From: an uncultured Helicobacter sp.
GTDB taxonomy: Bacteria > Campylobacterota > Campylobacteria > Campylobacterales > Helicobacteraceae
DNA: 64,000 nucleotides
Assembly (NCBI RefSeq): GCF_947367035.1
Contig: NZ_CANBCA010000008.1
Span: 6,198-70,197 of the forward strand
Reading direction: 5' to 3'
Positions within the stretch are counted from its first letter, which is position 1, and each line of letters begins with the position of its first letter. This document shows positions 1-9,682 of this stretch, piece after piece. The position numbers and the translations under genes were made by a program. The notes below the pieces were generated by a model, which was not told where the DNA came from, searched no databases, and saw nothing but the letters and a program-made list of their open reading frames with translations.

Positions 1-22
1 AGCACTTGGTTAAGGGAATCTT

Positions 23-1135
23 TCATCGTGGAATCCTCATTGCTATTTGTATCCAATAAAAATCTTGATATTTTTCTAAACTCTGCACATTTCCCCAATG
101 TGATTTTTCTAATTCCTCTAAAACTTGTAAAGTATTTTTGCCTCTAAAGAGCAAGGAGAGCAAGTTGTTTTCCATTCCAAAATAAGCAATTTTGACATTT
201 TGTTCTTGTAAAATCGGGTCAATCGCGTTAAAAAATGGCACAAGATAAGTTGCATTTGGCATCGCATTTTTAAGAAATTGAGAATTTTTTTCATATAACA
301 TTTGGAGGGAATCTCGCTGCTCTTGCAAAAGTAATGCTTGCTTTTGGGATTCTGTGAAACTTTGGTTTTGGTCATTGATTTTAATGTGTTGCTCGTGGAT
401 TTGAGATTGCAAGTTTGCAATTTCTCGGCTAGATAGTAGGTTTAAAATCAAAAATACAAGCCAAATCCCAATGCCCATTAAAACACCCAGCACACTAAAC
501 TTTAAAGCTTTGCCAATCTTTTGCTGCATTAGGGGAAGTGTTTTTTCTAAGGGGTTAAAATTTAAAGAATCCAAAAGTTCTATTTCGTTGATTTTATAAG
601 AAAGTCTTTGTGCGTTAAATTGAGACTGCAAGTGTTGGATTTCTTGAGTTGCACTGCTTTCATCTAATACCCAAAAAGTCAATAGAAAGTTTTTGTCTTT
701 TTGTCTGAAGTCTTTAATTTTTTCTTGTGCTACTTGGAAGTCTTTTATGGGTTGTAAGAAAGCTATTTCTCCTCTCTCATAATAAATAAGTGTCCATTGC
801 GCGTAGGAATCTAGCACCAAAAATGCTTGCGATTCCCTGTCATCTCGTAAAAATTGCGCACACAAAAAGCAAGGGTGGCTAAGGTAAAGATTCGCATCGC
901 TCACATACTTTTTCAGCGAATCTTTATTGAGTAGCAAGCAATGATAAGTGGTAGAATCTTGAGTATGAGAAAAGCGTAAAAAATATTCACAAGTATGCGG
1001 AAGATTTAGCAAAGAGCAAATTTTGTCTTCTAAAAAATCTTCCAAAATCTCTGGGGATTCTTGAAGTTTTTGGTTTTCTTTTTCATTCAAAATCAATGTA
1101 TAAAATATAATTTCTTTGTTTTTAAAGCTCTCCAA
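23..1135 (-). CDS. hypothetical bitopic membrane protein (cytoplasmic N-domain, one TM helix, coiled-coil, C-terminal extracytoplasmic domain)
   Basis: 370-aa ORF with a TTG start. It has a single hydrophobic helix (GVLMGIGIWLVFLILNLL) followed by a Q/E-rich heptad-like stretch. Its stop overlaps the ATG of another minus-strand gene that leaves the window (ATGA at 23-26). No family recognised. Confidence 0.5.
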   Translation of the reverse strand: MESFKNKEIIFYTLILNEKENQKLQESPEILEDFLEDKICSLLNLPHTCEYFLRFSHTQDSTTYHCLLLNKDSLKKYVSDANLYLSHPCFLCAQFLRDDRESQAFLVLDSYAQWTLIYYERGEIAFLQPIKDFQVAQEKIKDFRQKDKNFLLTFWVLDESSATQEIQHLQSQFNAQRLSYKINEIELLDSLNFNPLEKTLPLMQQKIGKALKFSVLGVLMGIGIWLVFLILNLLSSREIANLQSQIHEQHIKINDQNQSFTESQKQALLLQEQRDSLQMLYEKNSQFLKNAMPNATYLVPFFNAIDPILQEQNVKIAYFGMENNLLSLLFRGKNTLQVLEELEKSHWGNVQSLEKYQDFYWIQIAMRIPR

Positions 1136-1372
1136 ACCCCAAACCTTTAAAATTATGTGTCAAACTTCGGATAATAGCTTAAAAAAGTTTAAAGTATTCG
1201 GTTTTTAAAGTAGAAGTTTCTACAAAATAGAGTAGAAAGATTAAATGTTACAATTTGTATCTGTTTGAGAGGGAATCTCTTGTTTGGCTTACATTAGAGT
1301 TTTGTTTGCTTAACCCTTATTTAACTCTAATTTGCTTTTGATTATAATGTAGCATTTACAACAGGAGCTATA

Positions 1373-2581
1373 ATGGCAATTTCATTTAATTTTTATGCAA
1401 CTTTGCTTAGTATGATTTTTGTCTTACTATTGGGTCGCTTTGTTATCAGTAAGATTAAGTTTTTACAAGATTATAATATCCCTGAACCTGTGGTAGGTGG
1501 AATCATTGCTGCCCTATTGATTTTTTGTTTTTATCGTTATGGAGGGGTAGAATTAAAGTTTGATAGTTCTCTAAAAGACCCTTTGATGTTGGCATTTTAT
1601 GCAAGTATTGGATTGAGTGCGGATTTTGCCTCTTTTAAGAAGGGAGGAAAGATTCTTTTTATTTTTTTAATCTTTGTTTCTGCCTTGCTGTTTTTGCAAA
1701 ATATCGCAGGATTAATTGCAGCACAAACAATGGGCGTAAATCCTGTGATTGGTTTGCTAGGCGGTTCTATCACAATGAGCGGAGGACACGGCACAGGTGC
1801 GGCGTGGGCAGATATTTTTAAGGCGTCTCCTTATAACTTTGAAGCTGCTTTAGAGGTTGCAATGGCTTGTGCGACTTTTGGATTAATTGCGGGGGGGGTT
1901 ATCGGAGGTCCTGTTGCGCACTATCTCGTGAAAAGATACAATTTACAGCTTCCAAGCAAAAACCACGAAGAGGTTTTACCCAAAGGATTTGAAAAGCCGG
2001 AAAAAGAACGTTTGATTACCGCGGGTTCTTTTGTAGAGTCCTTAGCATTGATTGCAGTTTCTTTACTTGTTGGAACGCTTGTTTCAACTTATTTTAAAGG
2101 TTCATCTTTCACGCTTCCTACTTTTGTATGGTGTCTGTTTGTAGGAGCAGTTTTGCGCAATGTCCTCTCATTGACAAAGGTGCATCAAGTATTTGATAGG
2201 GAAGTTTCTGTGTTAGGAAATGTTAGTCTCTCACTTTTCTTGGCTTACGCGTTAATGACAATTAACCTTTATCAGTTGGTTTCTTTGGCGCTTCCTATGT
2301 TGGTAATTCTTACAATTCAAGTTGTATTAATGGTATTTTTTGCTGTTTTTGTGACCTTTAGATTCTGCGGACGTGATTATGATGCAGCAGTTTTAGCTGC
2401 AGGGCATTGCGGATTTGGACTTGGTGCTACTCCTACGGCTATGGCAAATATGCAAACGGTTACTCAACATTATGGACCAAGTCATATGGCGTTTATTGTC
2501 GTGCCTTTAGTGGGAGCATTTTTCATTGACCTTGTGAATGCGTTTGTGATTAGCGGAGTGTTAAAGCTACCATTTTTCTAA
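1373..2581 (+). CDS. gltS: sodium/glutamate symporter GltS
   Basis: 402-aa polytopic protein. The N-terminus and the overall pattern (MAISFNFYATLL...NIPEPVVGG, GHGTGAAW, GLGATPTAMANM) are typical of the GltS family. Confidence 0.85.
   Translation: MAISFNFYATLLSMIFVLLLGRFVISKIKFLQDYNIPEPVVGGIIAALLIFCFYRYGGVELKFDSSLKDPLMLAFYASIGLSADFASFKKGGKILFIFLIFVSALLFLQNIAGLIAAQTMGVNPVIGLLGGSITMSGGHGTGAAWADIFKASPYNFEAALEVAMACATFGLIAGGVIGGPVAHYLVKRYNLQLPSKNHEEVLPKGFEKPEKERLITAGSFVESLALIAVSLLVGTLVSTYFKGSSFTLPTFVWCLFVGAVLRNVLSLTKVHQVFDREVSVLGNVSLSLFLAYALMTINLYQLVSLALPMLVILTIQVVLMVFFAVFVTFRFCGRDYDAAVLAAGHCGFGLGATPTAMANMQTVTQHYGPSHMAFIVVPLVGAFFIDLVNAFVISGVLKLPFF
1891..1898 (+). repeat. G8 homopolymer inside gltS (codons AGGV)
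   Basis: Read directly: gc-gggggggg-tt. The gene is in frame as sequenced. Confidence 0.9.
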
Positions 2582-2870
2582 TGAAGTGTGAGTAGAGGCA
2601 TTGCTTGGCACTTCTGAAAGATTATCATAGTTATGAAGATTTGCGCCTTTTTGCAAAGTTAAAAACAATCAAGAGAAAAATATTAACATTCTCGTTTTCT
2701 TTTGGTTGAGGAGTTGCAAGGTGCTTTTGGAGAAAAGGTTGATTCTACAATGCTAGACGAAGAGAGTATTTTGAATCTTTTTCACGATTTGATTTAACAA
2801 GATGAAAACCTATGGAATTCCTATCGTATTCACAATGACAGGGCGGTTGTGCAAAGATTCTAAAGTTTTG

Positions 2871-2876
2871 TATAAT
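2871..2876 (+). promoter_or_regulatory. candidate -10 box (TATAAT preceded by TTTTG) for queF
   Basis: The sequence is ttttgTATAATtgtg, 29 nt upstream of the queF ATG. An AAGGA Shine-Dalgarno lies between them. Sequence pattern only. Confidence 0.35.
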
Positions 2877-2904
2877 TGTGTGAAAATTTATTAAAGGATA
2901 GCGA

Positions 2905-3396
2905 ATGTCCAAGAAGCAAATAATGCAAAAATCCTTAACACATTTAGGCAATGCAACAAAATATGTTTTTATCTACGATAAGAATCTTTTGGAGACTTTT
3001 TTAAACCAACACCAAGAGAATGATTATTTTGTCAAGTTGAATTGCCCAGAATTTACAAGTCTTTGTCCTATTACAGGACAGCCAGATTTTGCGACCATTT
3101 ATATTTCTTATATACCGGATAAAAAAATGGTAGAATCTAAATCACTCAAGCTTTATCTTTTTAGCTTTCGCAATCACGGCGGATTCCACGAGGATTGCGT
3201 TAATATCATTTTAAAGGATTTGGTGCAGTTAATGCAGCCACGTTACCTTGAAGTATGGGGTAAATTTCTACCTCGTGGCGGGATTAGCATTGATCCTTAT
3301 GCAAACTATGGAATCCCAAATACAAAATATCAAGAAATGGCGGAATATCGCCTCAAAAACCACGATTTGATTGTAGAAAAGATAGATAATCGTTAA
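2905..3396 (+). CDS. queF: NADPH-dependent 7-cyano-7-deazaguanine (preQ0) reductase, type I QueF
   Basis: 163 aa. It contains the QueF signature [22 protein letters not shown]...[20 protein letters not shown]. Confidence 0.85.
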   Translation: MSKKQIMQKSLTHLGNATKYVFIYDKNLLETFLNQHQENDYFVKLNCPEFTSLCPITGQPDFATIYISYIPDKKMVESKSLKLYLFSFRNHGGFHEDCVNIILKDLVQLMQPRYLEVWGKFLPRGGISIDPYANYGIPNTKYQEMAEYRLKNHDLIVEKIDNR

Positions 3397-3481
3397 AGAC
3401 AAGGATAAAAGTGTAATTAAGATTCCATTTTCTTTACAAGATTATTATATAATACTGCTTATTTTAAAACAAGGAGTATTA

Positions 3482-4222
3482 ATGCAAAAATTAATTTTCA
3501 GTATTACTATTATCGCTAGTTGTGCGAGTTTCTCCCTAGCGGGATTTGATGAAAATTTCAAAAAGAGTGTGAGAGAATTTGCAGAGGTTGAGGTAGAGAT
3601 TCAGTTTAAAAAACCGCTAAAAAGTTTCACAAATCAATATTTTGTGATTGGACGCACGCAAGGGGGAGATATTTTTCCTGCGATGGTTAGCCAAGATGGA
3701 AATTACTTTGTTGCATTAAGCAAAATGATGAATTTAAATAAAGAAGACTCTAGTATGATTATGGAGGAACTTTATAAGGCAGGAGAGGAGAAAGAAAAAA
3801 AAGATTCAAAAGCCCTTAATGCGCTTTTTGCAAGCTTTTCTCCTAACGATTTTATTTATCTCAAAGGAGAGGGTGAGGGTTTGCCAACAAAAATCGTTGT
3901 AACAGACCCAGATTGTCCTTATTGCCGCAAGCAATTAGAGACCATAGAGGAGGAATTAAAACAAGCGAATTTGAAGTTGATTTTTGCCCCTGTGCATCAA
4001 AAAGAAGCTTTTATTAAAGCACAATTAGCGATGAATCAAACGGCAAAGTTAAAGGTAGAGGATACGAAAGGTAAAATTAAAATTTTACGTTCTTTTTACC
4101 AAGAGGTAAAGTTAAGCAAGAATGAAATGGCAACGAATATTACCCAAGTGCGCAAAAATACGGATAAGATTTTTAGCAGTAATCTTATAAAAGGCGTTCC
4201 CTTTATCTTTGAACAAAAATAA
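3482..4222 (+). CDS. periplasmic thiol:disulfide interchange protein, DsbC/DsbG-like
   Basis: Has a signal peptide and a thioredoxin-fold CPYC active-site motif (VVTDPDCPYCRK). Confidence 0.6.
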   Translation: MQKLIFSITIIASCASFSLAGFDENFKKSVREFAEVEVEIQFKKPLKSFTNQYFVIGRTQGGDIFPAMVSQDGNYFVALSKMMNLNKEDSSMIMEELYKAGEEKEKKDSKALNALFASFSPNDFIYLKGEGEGLPTKIVVTDPDCPYCRKQLETIEEELKQANLKLIFAPVHQKEAFIKAQLAMNQTAKLKVEDTKGKIKILRSFYQEVKLSKNEMATNITQVRKNTDKIFSSNLIKGVPFIFEQK

Positions 4223-4239
4223 TCTTATTCAAATGGTAA

Positions 4240-5400
4240 TTGATGCAAGCAAGCTTAGAAATTAGTTACGATTCTACAAGTGCGGTTGTTTTGCTCGGTG
4301 GGGTTTGGGATAAAGACCTCTCTAGGCACATACTTAGGCGCTTAGAGAGCGTTTGGGATTCCATTGCTAAAGCAAGGAGAGAATCACAAAGTGTCGCTGT
4401 TTGCATTCGGCTAAAGGATTCTTTTGATTTGGACTTTTGTGGCGGAGAGATTTTGCTTAGGTGGCTAGAGGATTTGAAACATCAAACAAAAATCAAGCTT
4501 GAGGATTCGCAAAATGCACTATTGATTTCACAGAAATCTAAACGAATTTTGACGATTCTGCAAGACAAAAAAGCACCCGATAAAACAGCTATTACACGAG
4601 AGTTCATTCAATGGCATTTGGATACTTTTAAGATTTTAAAAAATTGGAGCAATAATGCACTAATGACTTTTGGATTCTTGGGTGAGATGATTTATAATTT
4701 CTTAATTGGGCTAATCAACCCCACAAATATCCGCCTAAAGGCTTTGTTGTTTCAAGTGCAAGAAGCTTTAATTAAAGCGATTCCAATTGTTTCTTTAGCC
4801 TGTTTTCTCATTGGAATCGTGGTTGCTTATCAAGGAAGTCTCCAGCTAGAACAATTTGGGGCAAGCATATTAATCGTTGAAATGAGTTCCATGCTAACTT
4901 TGCGCGAAATGGCACCGATTATTACGGCAATCATTATCGCAGGACGAAGCGCGTCCGCATTTAGTGCAGAGATTGGAATGATGCGCGCAACTCAAGAAAT
5001 TGACGCAATGAATGTAATGGGATTTAATCCTATTAATTTTCTAGTTCTACCGCGAGTAATTGCACTTTGTGCCGTGCTACCTCTTGTAGTTTTCATCGCT
5101 GATATTTTTGGACTTATTGGCGCAATGTTTGTTTCGCAAATGCAATTAGGAATCAGTAGTGAGCAGTTTATTGAAAGATTTTTACAAATGGTAGAAATGC
5201 GACATTTTTGGATAGGTTTTCTTAAAGCACCCTTTTTTGGATTAATTATCGCATTAATTGGTTGCTATCACGGGTTTATTGTCGCAAAAGATACGCGAAG
5301 CATTGGAATCCATACGACAAAAAGTGTGGTGGAATCTATCTTTTGCGTGATTGCATTTGACGCATTGTGCTCTGTCCTCTTTACGCAAATAGGTTGGTAA
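4240..5400 (+). CDS. MlaE-family ABC permease with an N-terminal STAS-like domain
   Basis: The C-terminal ~260 aa match the MlaE/Ttg2B pattern (REMAPIITAIIIAGRSASAFSAEIGMMRATQEIDAM). The N-terminal ~120 aa have a STAS-like layout. First gene of a 4-gene operon. Confidence 0.75.
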   Translation: MMQASLEISYDSTSAVVLLGGVWDKDLSRHILRRLESVWDSIAKARRESQSVAVCIRLKDSFDLDFCGGEILLRWLEDLKHQTKIKLEDSQNALLISQKSKRILTILQDKKAPDKTAITREFIQWHLDTFKILKNWSNNALMTFGFLGEMIYNFLIGLINPTNIRLKALLFQVQEALIKAIPIVSLACFLIGIVVAYQGSLQLEQFGASILIVEMSSMLTLREMAPIITAIIIAGRSASAFSAEIGMMRATQEIDAMNVMGFNPINFLVLPRVIALCAVLPLVVFIADIFGLIGAMFVSQMQLGISSEQFIERFLQMVEMRHFWIGFLKAPFFGLIIALIGCYHGFIVAKDTRSIGIHTTKSVVESIFCVIAFDALCSVLFTQIGW

Positions 5401-6138
5401 ATGGAATCCCAAAACATTATAGAAGTGCGCAATTTGACAACAACTTATGGCAAACGAATCATTCACGATAAAATCTCTTTTAATATAGGTAAAAAAGAAA
5501 TTTTTGCTTTGCTTGGCGGGAGTGGAAGTGGGAAAAGCACTTTGCTAAACACGATGATTTTTTTAAAGCAACCTACTAGTGGAGAAGTGCGAATACTAGG
5601 GCAAGACATTTGGAAATTAAACACAAAAGATGCCTTGAAAATGAAGTTAAATATGGGAGTGTTGTTTCAGTTTGGCGCACTCTTTAGTTCGTTAAGTGTG
5701 CTAGAAAATCTCACGATTCCTTTGAGAGAATGGACAAATTTTAGCTCTTATGATATAGAATCCCTTGCATATATTTGGCTTACGCGTGTGGGGCTAAAGG
5801 CAGAGGTGGCGAAGCTTTATCCCAATGAGCTAAGTGGTGGAATGGTTAAGCGCGTAGGTTTAGCGCGTGCTTTAGCCCTTAGCCCAAAAATCTTGTTTTT
5901 AGACGAACCTACAAGTGGTTTAGATCCTAAAAGCGCAAGGCATTTTGATGCTTTGATTGTGGAATTAAGAGATTTGCTAGAAATTAGTGTTGTAATGGTA
6001 ACGCACGATATGGAGTCTGTTAAGGGTGCAGTAGATAGAATGGTAATTTTAAAAAATCAAGAGATATTATTTGAGGGTAGTGTGCAGACTTTAGCACAAC
6101 AGACGGAATCGCTAGATTTGTTTTTGTATCAGATTTAA
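5401..6138 (+). CDS. ABC transporter ATP-binding protein, MlaF-like
   Basis: Walker A GGSGSGKST, signature LSGGMVKRVGLARA and Walker B ILFLDEPTSGLD. The start abuts the stop of the permease gene. Confidence 0.8.
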   Translation: MESQNIIEVRNLTTTYGKRIIHDKISFNIGKKEIFALLGGSGSGKSTLLNTMIFLKQPTSGEVRILGQDIWKLNTKDALKMKLNMGVLFQFGALFSSLSVLENLTIPLREWTNFSSYDIESLAYIWLTRVGLKAEVAKLYPNELSGGMVKRVGLARALALSPKILFLDEPTSGLDPKSARHFDALIVELRDLLEISVVMVTHDMESVKGAVDRMVILKNQEILFEGSVQTLAQQTESLDLFLYQI

Positions 6139-6146
6139 GGAGTTAT

Positions 6147-6950
6147 ATGGAAGCGCGATTAAATTATGTCTTGCTTGGCTTATTTTTTGTTGTTTCGTTG
6201 ATAAGTCTAGCAGGATTTGTCTTTTGGCTAGGTAAATACGATAGAAATTTAGAGGATTATCGGGAATATTATCTTTATAATAAGAATTTACCCAAAGGAG
6301 TGCGGATTGAAACTCCCGTCAGATATTTGGGACTTCCTGTGGGTTTTGTAAAGGGCTATAAGCTAAATATGGGTGCAGAAGATGTAGAAATTACTCTTTG
6401 GATTAAAAAAGATATTATTTTAAGAGAGGGCGCAAAGATTTTCGTAGATTCGCAAGGGCTAACAGGAGGCGTTTTTCTCTCTCTTGTGCAAGGCAAGGGC
6501 GAATTTTATACTAAAGGAGTCAGAGCGACTTTAAGCTTGGAGGAGAATTGGTTAGAGAAAGTTGGAAATAAAGCAGAAAATGTTTTTGACCGCTTGGAGA
6601 TGAGTTTAAATCGTTTAAATCATCTTTTAAGCGATAAAAATTTAGATAATATGGAGCGGACTTTAGAGGGTTTAGCAAATCTACCTCCTAGAATAGAGAG
6701 TGTGCTAACCTCTGCTCAAAAAGAGATTGAGGGAATTGGAGAAAGTAGAGAGGCGATTCATCGTGATATTCTGAAAGGAGATTATAACTTACGCACCCTT
6801 TTAACGCCACTTTTGTTTGATTTAGAACGAAATTCTAAAACATTGGAACAGATTTTACAAAAAACAGGAGATTCTGTGGAGGATTTTTCTAATGCGCCAA
6901 GCGAGTTTTTGTTTGGTAAAAGACAGCGGACTTTAGGACCGCGTGAATGA
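6147..6950 (+). CDS. MlaD/MCE-domain substrate-binding protein
   Basis: N-terminal TM anchor, then an MCE-like segment (VRYLGLPVGFVKGY). It sits directly after the MlaE/MlaF-like genes. Confidence 0.7.
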   Translation: MEARLNYVLLGLFFVVSLISLAGFVFWLGKYDRNLEDYREYYLYNKNLPKGVRIETPVRYLGLPVGFVKGYKLNMGAEDVEITLWIKKDIILREGAKIFVDSQGLTGGVFLSLVQGKGEFYTKGVRATLSLEENWLEKVGNKAENVFDRLEMSLNRLNHLLSDKNLDNMERTLEGLANLPPRIESVLTSAQKEIEGIGESREAIHRDILKGDYNLRTLLTPLLFDLERNSKTLEQILQKTGDSVEDFSNAPSEFLFGKRQRTLGPRE

Positions 6951-6965
6951 GATAAAAGGAAAGAA

Positions 6966-7523
6966 ATGCAAATAAGAATTTTTAAAGTTTTTTTTATTTC
7001 TATATTGTTATTGGTGTTTAGCGGTTGTTTGAGTAAAGAGTTACCAAGGATTCAACATTATGAGTTGAGTTTGGATATAGAAGTTTGGAAACAAGAGAAT
7101 AAGAGGATTCCCAAATCACCTCTCATTTATCAAGGCACAGAAGCGAGCCTCAAAATTGCTAATAGAAAAATCGCCTACAAAACGAATGCAAACACATTTG
7201 ACTATTTTGTCAAAAATGAGTGGATAGAACCTCTGCCTCTAATGATAGATTCTTTAGTCTTAAAAGTAGCAGAATATGCGGATATTTCATTACTAAAATC
7301 TGCGAATGCAAGAACTTCAAACTTCAAACTTCAAATCCTAGATTTTTATTATGATACAAAGCGTGAAGTCGTGGTGCTAAACCTCCTCCTTGCGCAACAA
7401 GATTCTAATCATTTGCTTACAAAGGAAACAAAAGTGCAAAAAGGAGGCTTTGATGAAATTATAAAAGCGATGAATCAGACAATAAATTCTGCACTTTTAG
7501 ATTCGTTTGCATTGTTAAATTAG
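6966..7523 (+). CDS. ABC-transport auxiliary lipoprotein (ABC_trans_aux-like)
   Basis: Lipobox LVFSGC. Fourth gene of the Mla-like operon. The call rests on pattern and position only. Confidence 0.5.
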   Translation: MQIRIFKVFFISILLLVFSGCLSKELPRIQHYELSLDIEVWKQENKRIPKSPLIYQGTEASLKIANRKIAYKTNANTFDYFVKNEWIEPLPLMIDSLVLKVAEYADISLLKSANARTSNFKLQILDFYYDTKREVVVLNLLLAQQDSNHLLTKETKVQKGGFDEIIKAMNQTINSALLDSFALLN

Positions 7524-7531
7524 GGATATGA

Positions 7532-7948
7532 ATGTTAAGTTTAGAAAAGCGAGATTCTACTTTAAAGTCCAAGATACCTTATATTCTTTGCTTAGAAGAT
7601 TTTGCTTTGGAAGTCATTATAGGGATTTTGCCAAATGAGCGTAAAGATAAGCAAAAAATCCTAGTGAATGCAGAGTTTCTTTGTATGGGGAATCTCAAAT
7701 TTGCCTTAACACAAACTAACGCATTAAAAAATATAGAATCGCAAGATTTTTTGGATTATCGGATTTTAAAAGAATTTATCAAAGATGCTTTTGAATGCGA
7801 GTTTGGATTATTAGAAGAGGCGCAAAGTTATTTTTATCAGCAGATTCCTTTGCGCTTTCCGCAAATCAAGGAATTTTGGATTAAAATTACGAAATTAGAA
7901 ATCTTTAATGATTGTAAAGTTTCAATAAAAATTAATTATCAAAATTAA
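7532..7948 (+). CDS. folB: probable dihydroneopterin aldolase (FolB-like)
   Basis: 138 aa. The N-terminal pattern LEVIIGILPNERKDKQKILVNAEF resembles the FolB core. Weak recognition. Confidence 0.4.
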   Translation: MLSLEKRDSTLKSKIPYILCLEDFALEVIIGILPNERKDKQKILVNAEFLCMGNLKFALTQTNALKNIESQDFLDYRILKEFIKDAFECEFGLLEEAQSYFYQQIPLRFPQIKEFWIKITKLEIFNDCKVSIKINYQN

Positions 7949-7963
7949 ATAAAGGATTATGAA

Positions 7964-8434
7964 ATGGAATTAAAAATTAACGATAATGCCCCGCTTTTTA
8001 GTCTGCCTAATCAAGACAATGCAGAGATTGCTTTACAGGATTTTCAAGGGAGTTGGGTTGTGGTATATTTCTATCCCAAAGATAAAACACCCGGCTGCAC
8101 AATGGAGGCGTGTGATTTTCGCGACAGGTTAGAATCTTTTAATGCTTCCAATGCTATCGTGCTTGGAATCAGCCCAGATAGTGTAAAAACACATCAAAGT
8201 TTTATTGCAAAAGAATCTTTAAATTTTACCTTGCTTAGTGATGTTCAAAAATCTGTGCTTAAGAGTTATGGAGCTTGGGGGTTAAAAAAACTCTATGGTA
8301 AAGAATATGAGGGAGTGATTCGCTCCACTTTTTTGATTGATCCGTGGGGCAAAATCGCTTATATATGGAAAAATGTCAAAGTTAAAGGGCATATTGCCGA
8401 AGTTTTGGCTAAACTAGAAGAGTTGCAAGATTGA
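7964..8434 (+). CDS. bcp: thiol peroxidase Bcp (peroxiredoxin)
   Basis: 156 aa with the motif VVYFYPKDKTPGCTMEAC typical of Bcp/PrxQ. Confidence 0.85.
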   Translation: MELKINDNAPLFSLPNQDNAEIALQDFQGSWVVVYFYPKDKTPGCTMEACDFRDRLESFNASNAIVLGISPDSVKTHQSFIAKESLNFTLLSDVQKSVLKSYGAWGLKKLYGKEYEGVIRSTFLIDPWGKIAYIWKNVKVKGHIAEVLAKLEELQD

Positions 8435-9133
8435 AAGAGATTAAAAATATTTTCACTATATCTTAATTGATTTTTTGTTGCAATAACTTTTAGAATCTTT
8501 AAACTGCAAAAGCTGCAAAAGATTCGTGATTGGAGGCAAGGATAGCACACAAGCCACTATTATGGCAATTTAATATGTAAAAAAGTCAATTAGCACTCGT
8601 GAGACATAATAGTGATATGGGTAAGCACGGCGATACTGGCAGGAGTGAGTTTGATGTGCTAGATTCTATTAAGTGTAGAGATTTAGACGCGGAAGTATTG
8701 GGTCTAGCACTTGGATTCGTATTTTGCGTGAGGGAAGTTATCTAGAGTTAGAGAATTTTTACACCACTGCGGACTATTGTCATTGTAATTTTAGTGTGCT
8801 TCCAAGTTTAGATTCTAACACTTATGAGGTATTTTCTCAAATGTTGTTATCCCAAAATAATAAGCTAGACAATCCTATTATTGCTAAAATGATGCAGATG
8901 GAGGGACTTAATCGTTGGATTAGAGTAGGAGAAAGAATTAAGTGGTTGAAGTGCTTTATGCTACATAAAAGAGCAAAATTTGTTAGCAATCTATATCTTA
9001 GATTCTAATGCAACATTATGGATTGCTTCGGTTTTAAAGAATCTTTTAGGCAAAAATTTAAGACATTGTTTCTCTTATGGAATCTTAAAGCCCAAAATCA
9101 TAAAATACGCTTTTAATTTTTAAGGATAAACCA

Positions 9134-9682
9134 ATGTCTAAAGCTGTGATGATTGTATCTGCAGTTATTTTTACTGCGCTTATTGTCGCTTCAAACTATC
9201 TTGTGCAATTTCCACTTAATGACTTTTTTACCTTTGGCGCATTGACTTATCCTTTTACTTTCTTGCTTGCAGATATTTTAGCTGAAAAATATAGCAAGAA
9301 AGAAGTGTTAAAAGTCGTTCGTATTGGCATTATTTGTGCCTTTATTCCTTCTTTGTTTCTAAGTGAATTTAGAATCGCACTTGCAAGCATTAGCGCGTTT
9401 TTTGTTTCTCAACAACTAGATGTTTATGCGTTTTATTGGATTAAATCCAAGTTTCCTAAAGTTTGGTGGCTTAGAAGTGCAGGTAGCACAGCATTTTCTC
9501 AAGCCTTAGATACGATGATATTTTTTCACATTGCGTTTTTATTTATCCTGCCTTGGAATGCGATTTTAATGTTGATATTAGGGGATTATTTGATGAAATT
9601 TATTTTTGCTTTTGCCAATACACCTTTATTTTATCTTTTTGGGATTAAAATGCAGAGATTTTTAGGAGTTTTCGCGCGATGA
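9134..9682 (+). CDS. yhhQ: queuosine-precursor transporter (YhhQ/VUT family)
   Basis: 182-aa polytopic protein. The YhhQ-like motifs include YPFTFLLADILAE and QQLDVYAFYWIK. Confidence 0.7.
   Translation: MSKAVMIVSAVIFTALIVASNYLVQFPLNDFFTFGALTYPFTFLLADILAEKYSKKEVLKVVRIGIICAFIPSLFLSEFRIALASISAFFVSQQLDVYAFYWIKSKFPKVWWLRSAGSTAFSQALDTMIFFHIAFLFILPWNAILMLILGDYLMKFIFAFANTPLFYLFGIKMQRFLGVFAR

Noticed and set aside
2582-2904. preQ1 riboswitch upstream of queF (and upstream of yhhQ, 9009-9133)
   Set aside because: I found no hairpin plus A-rich tail resembling preQ1-I/II. A good -10 box lies only 29 nt before the queF ATG, which leaves no room for an aptamer. An Infernal scan would be decisive.
8724-9008. 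94-aa ORF in the bcp-yhhQ spacer
   Set aside because: It has a TTG start without a visible Shine-Dalgarno and no recognisable family, and it sits in a region that looks decayed. I kept it only as part of the spacer finding.
9015-9030. Exact 16-nt inverted match to 46985-47000 as stand-alone proof of a mobile element
   Set aside because: In 64 kb, roughly one 16-mer match in either orientation is expected by chance. It is only suggestive because it coincides with the left-end motif of the repeat units at 46.96-47.08 kb.
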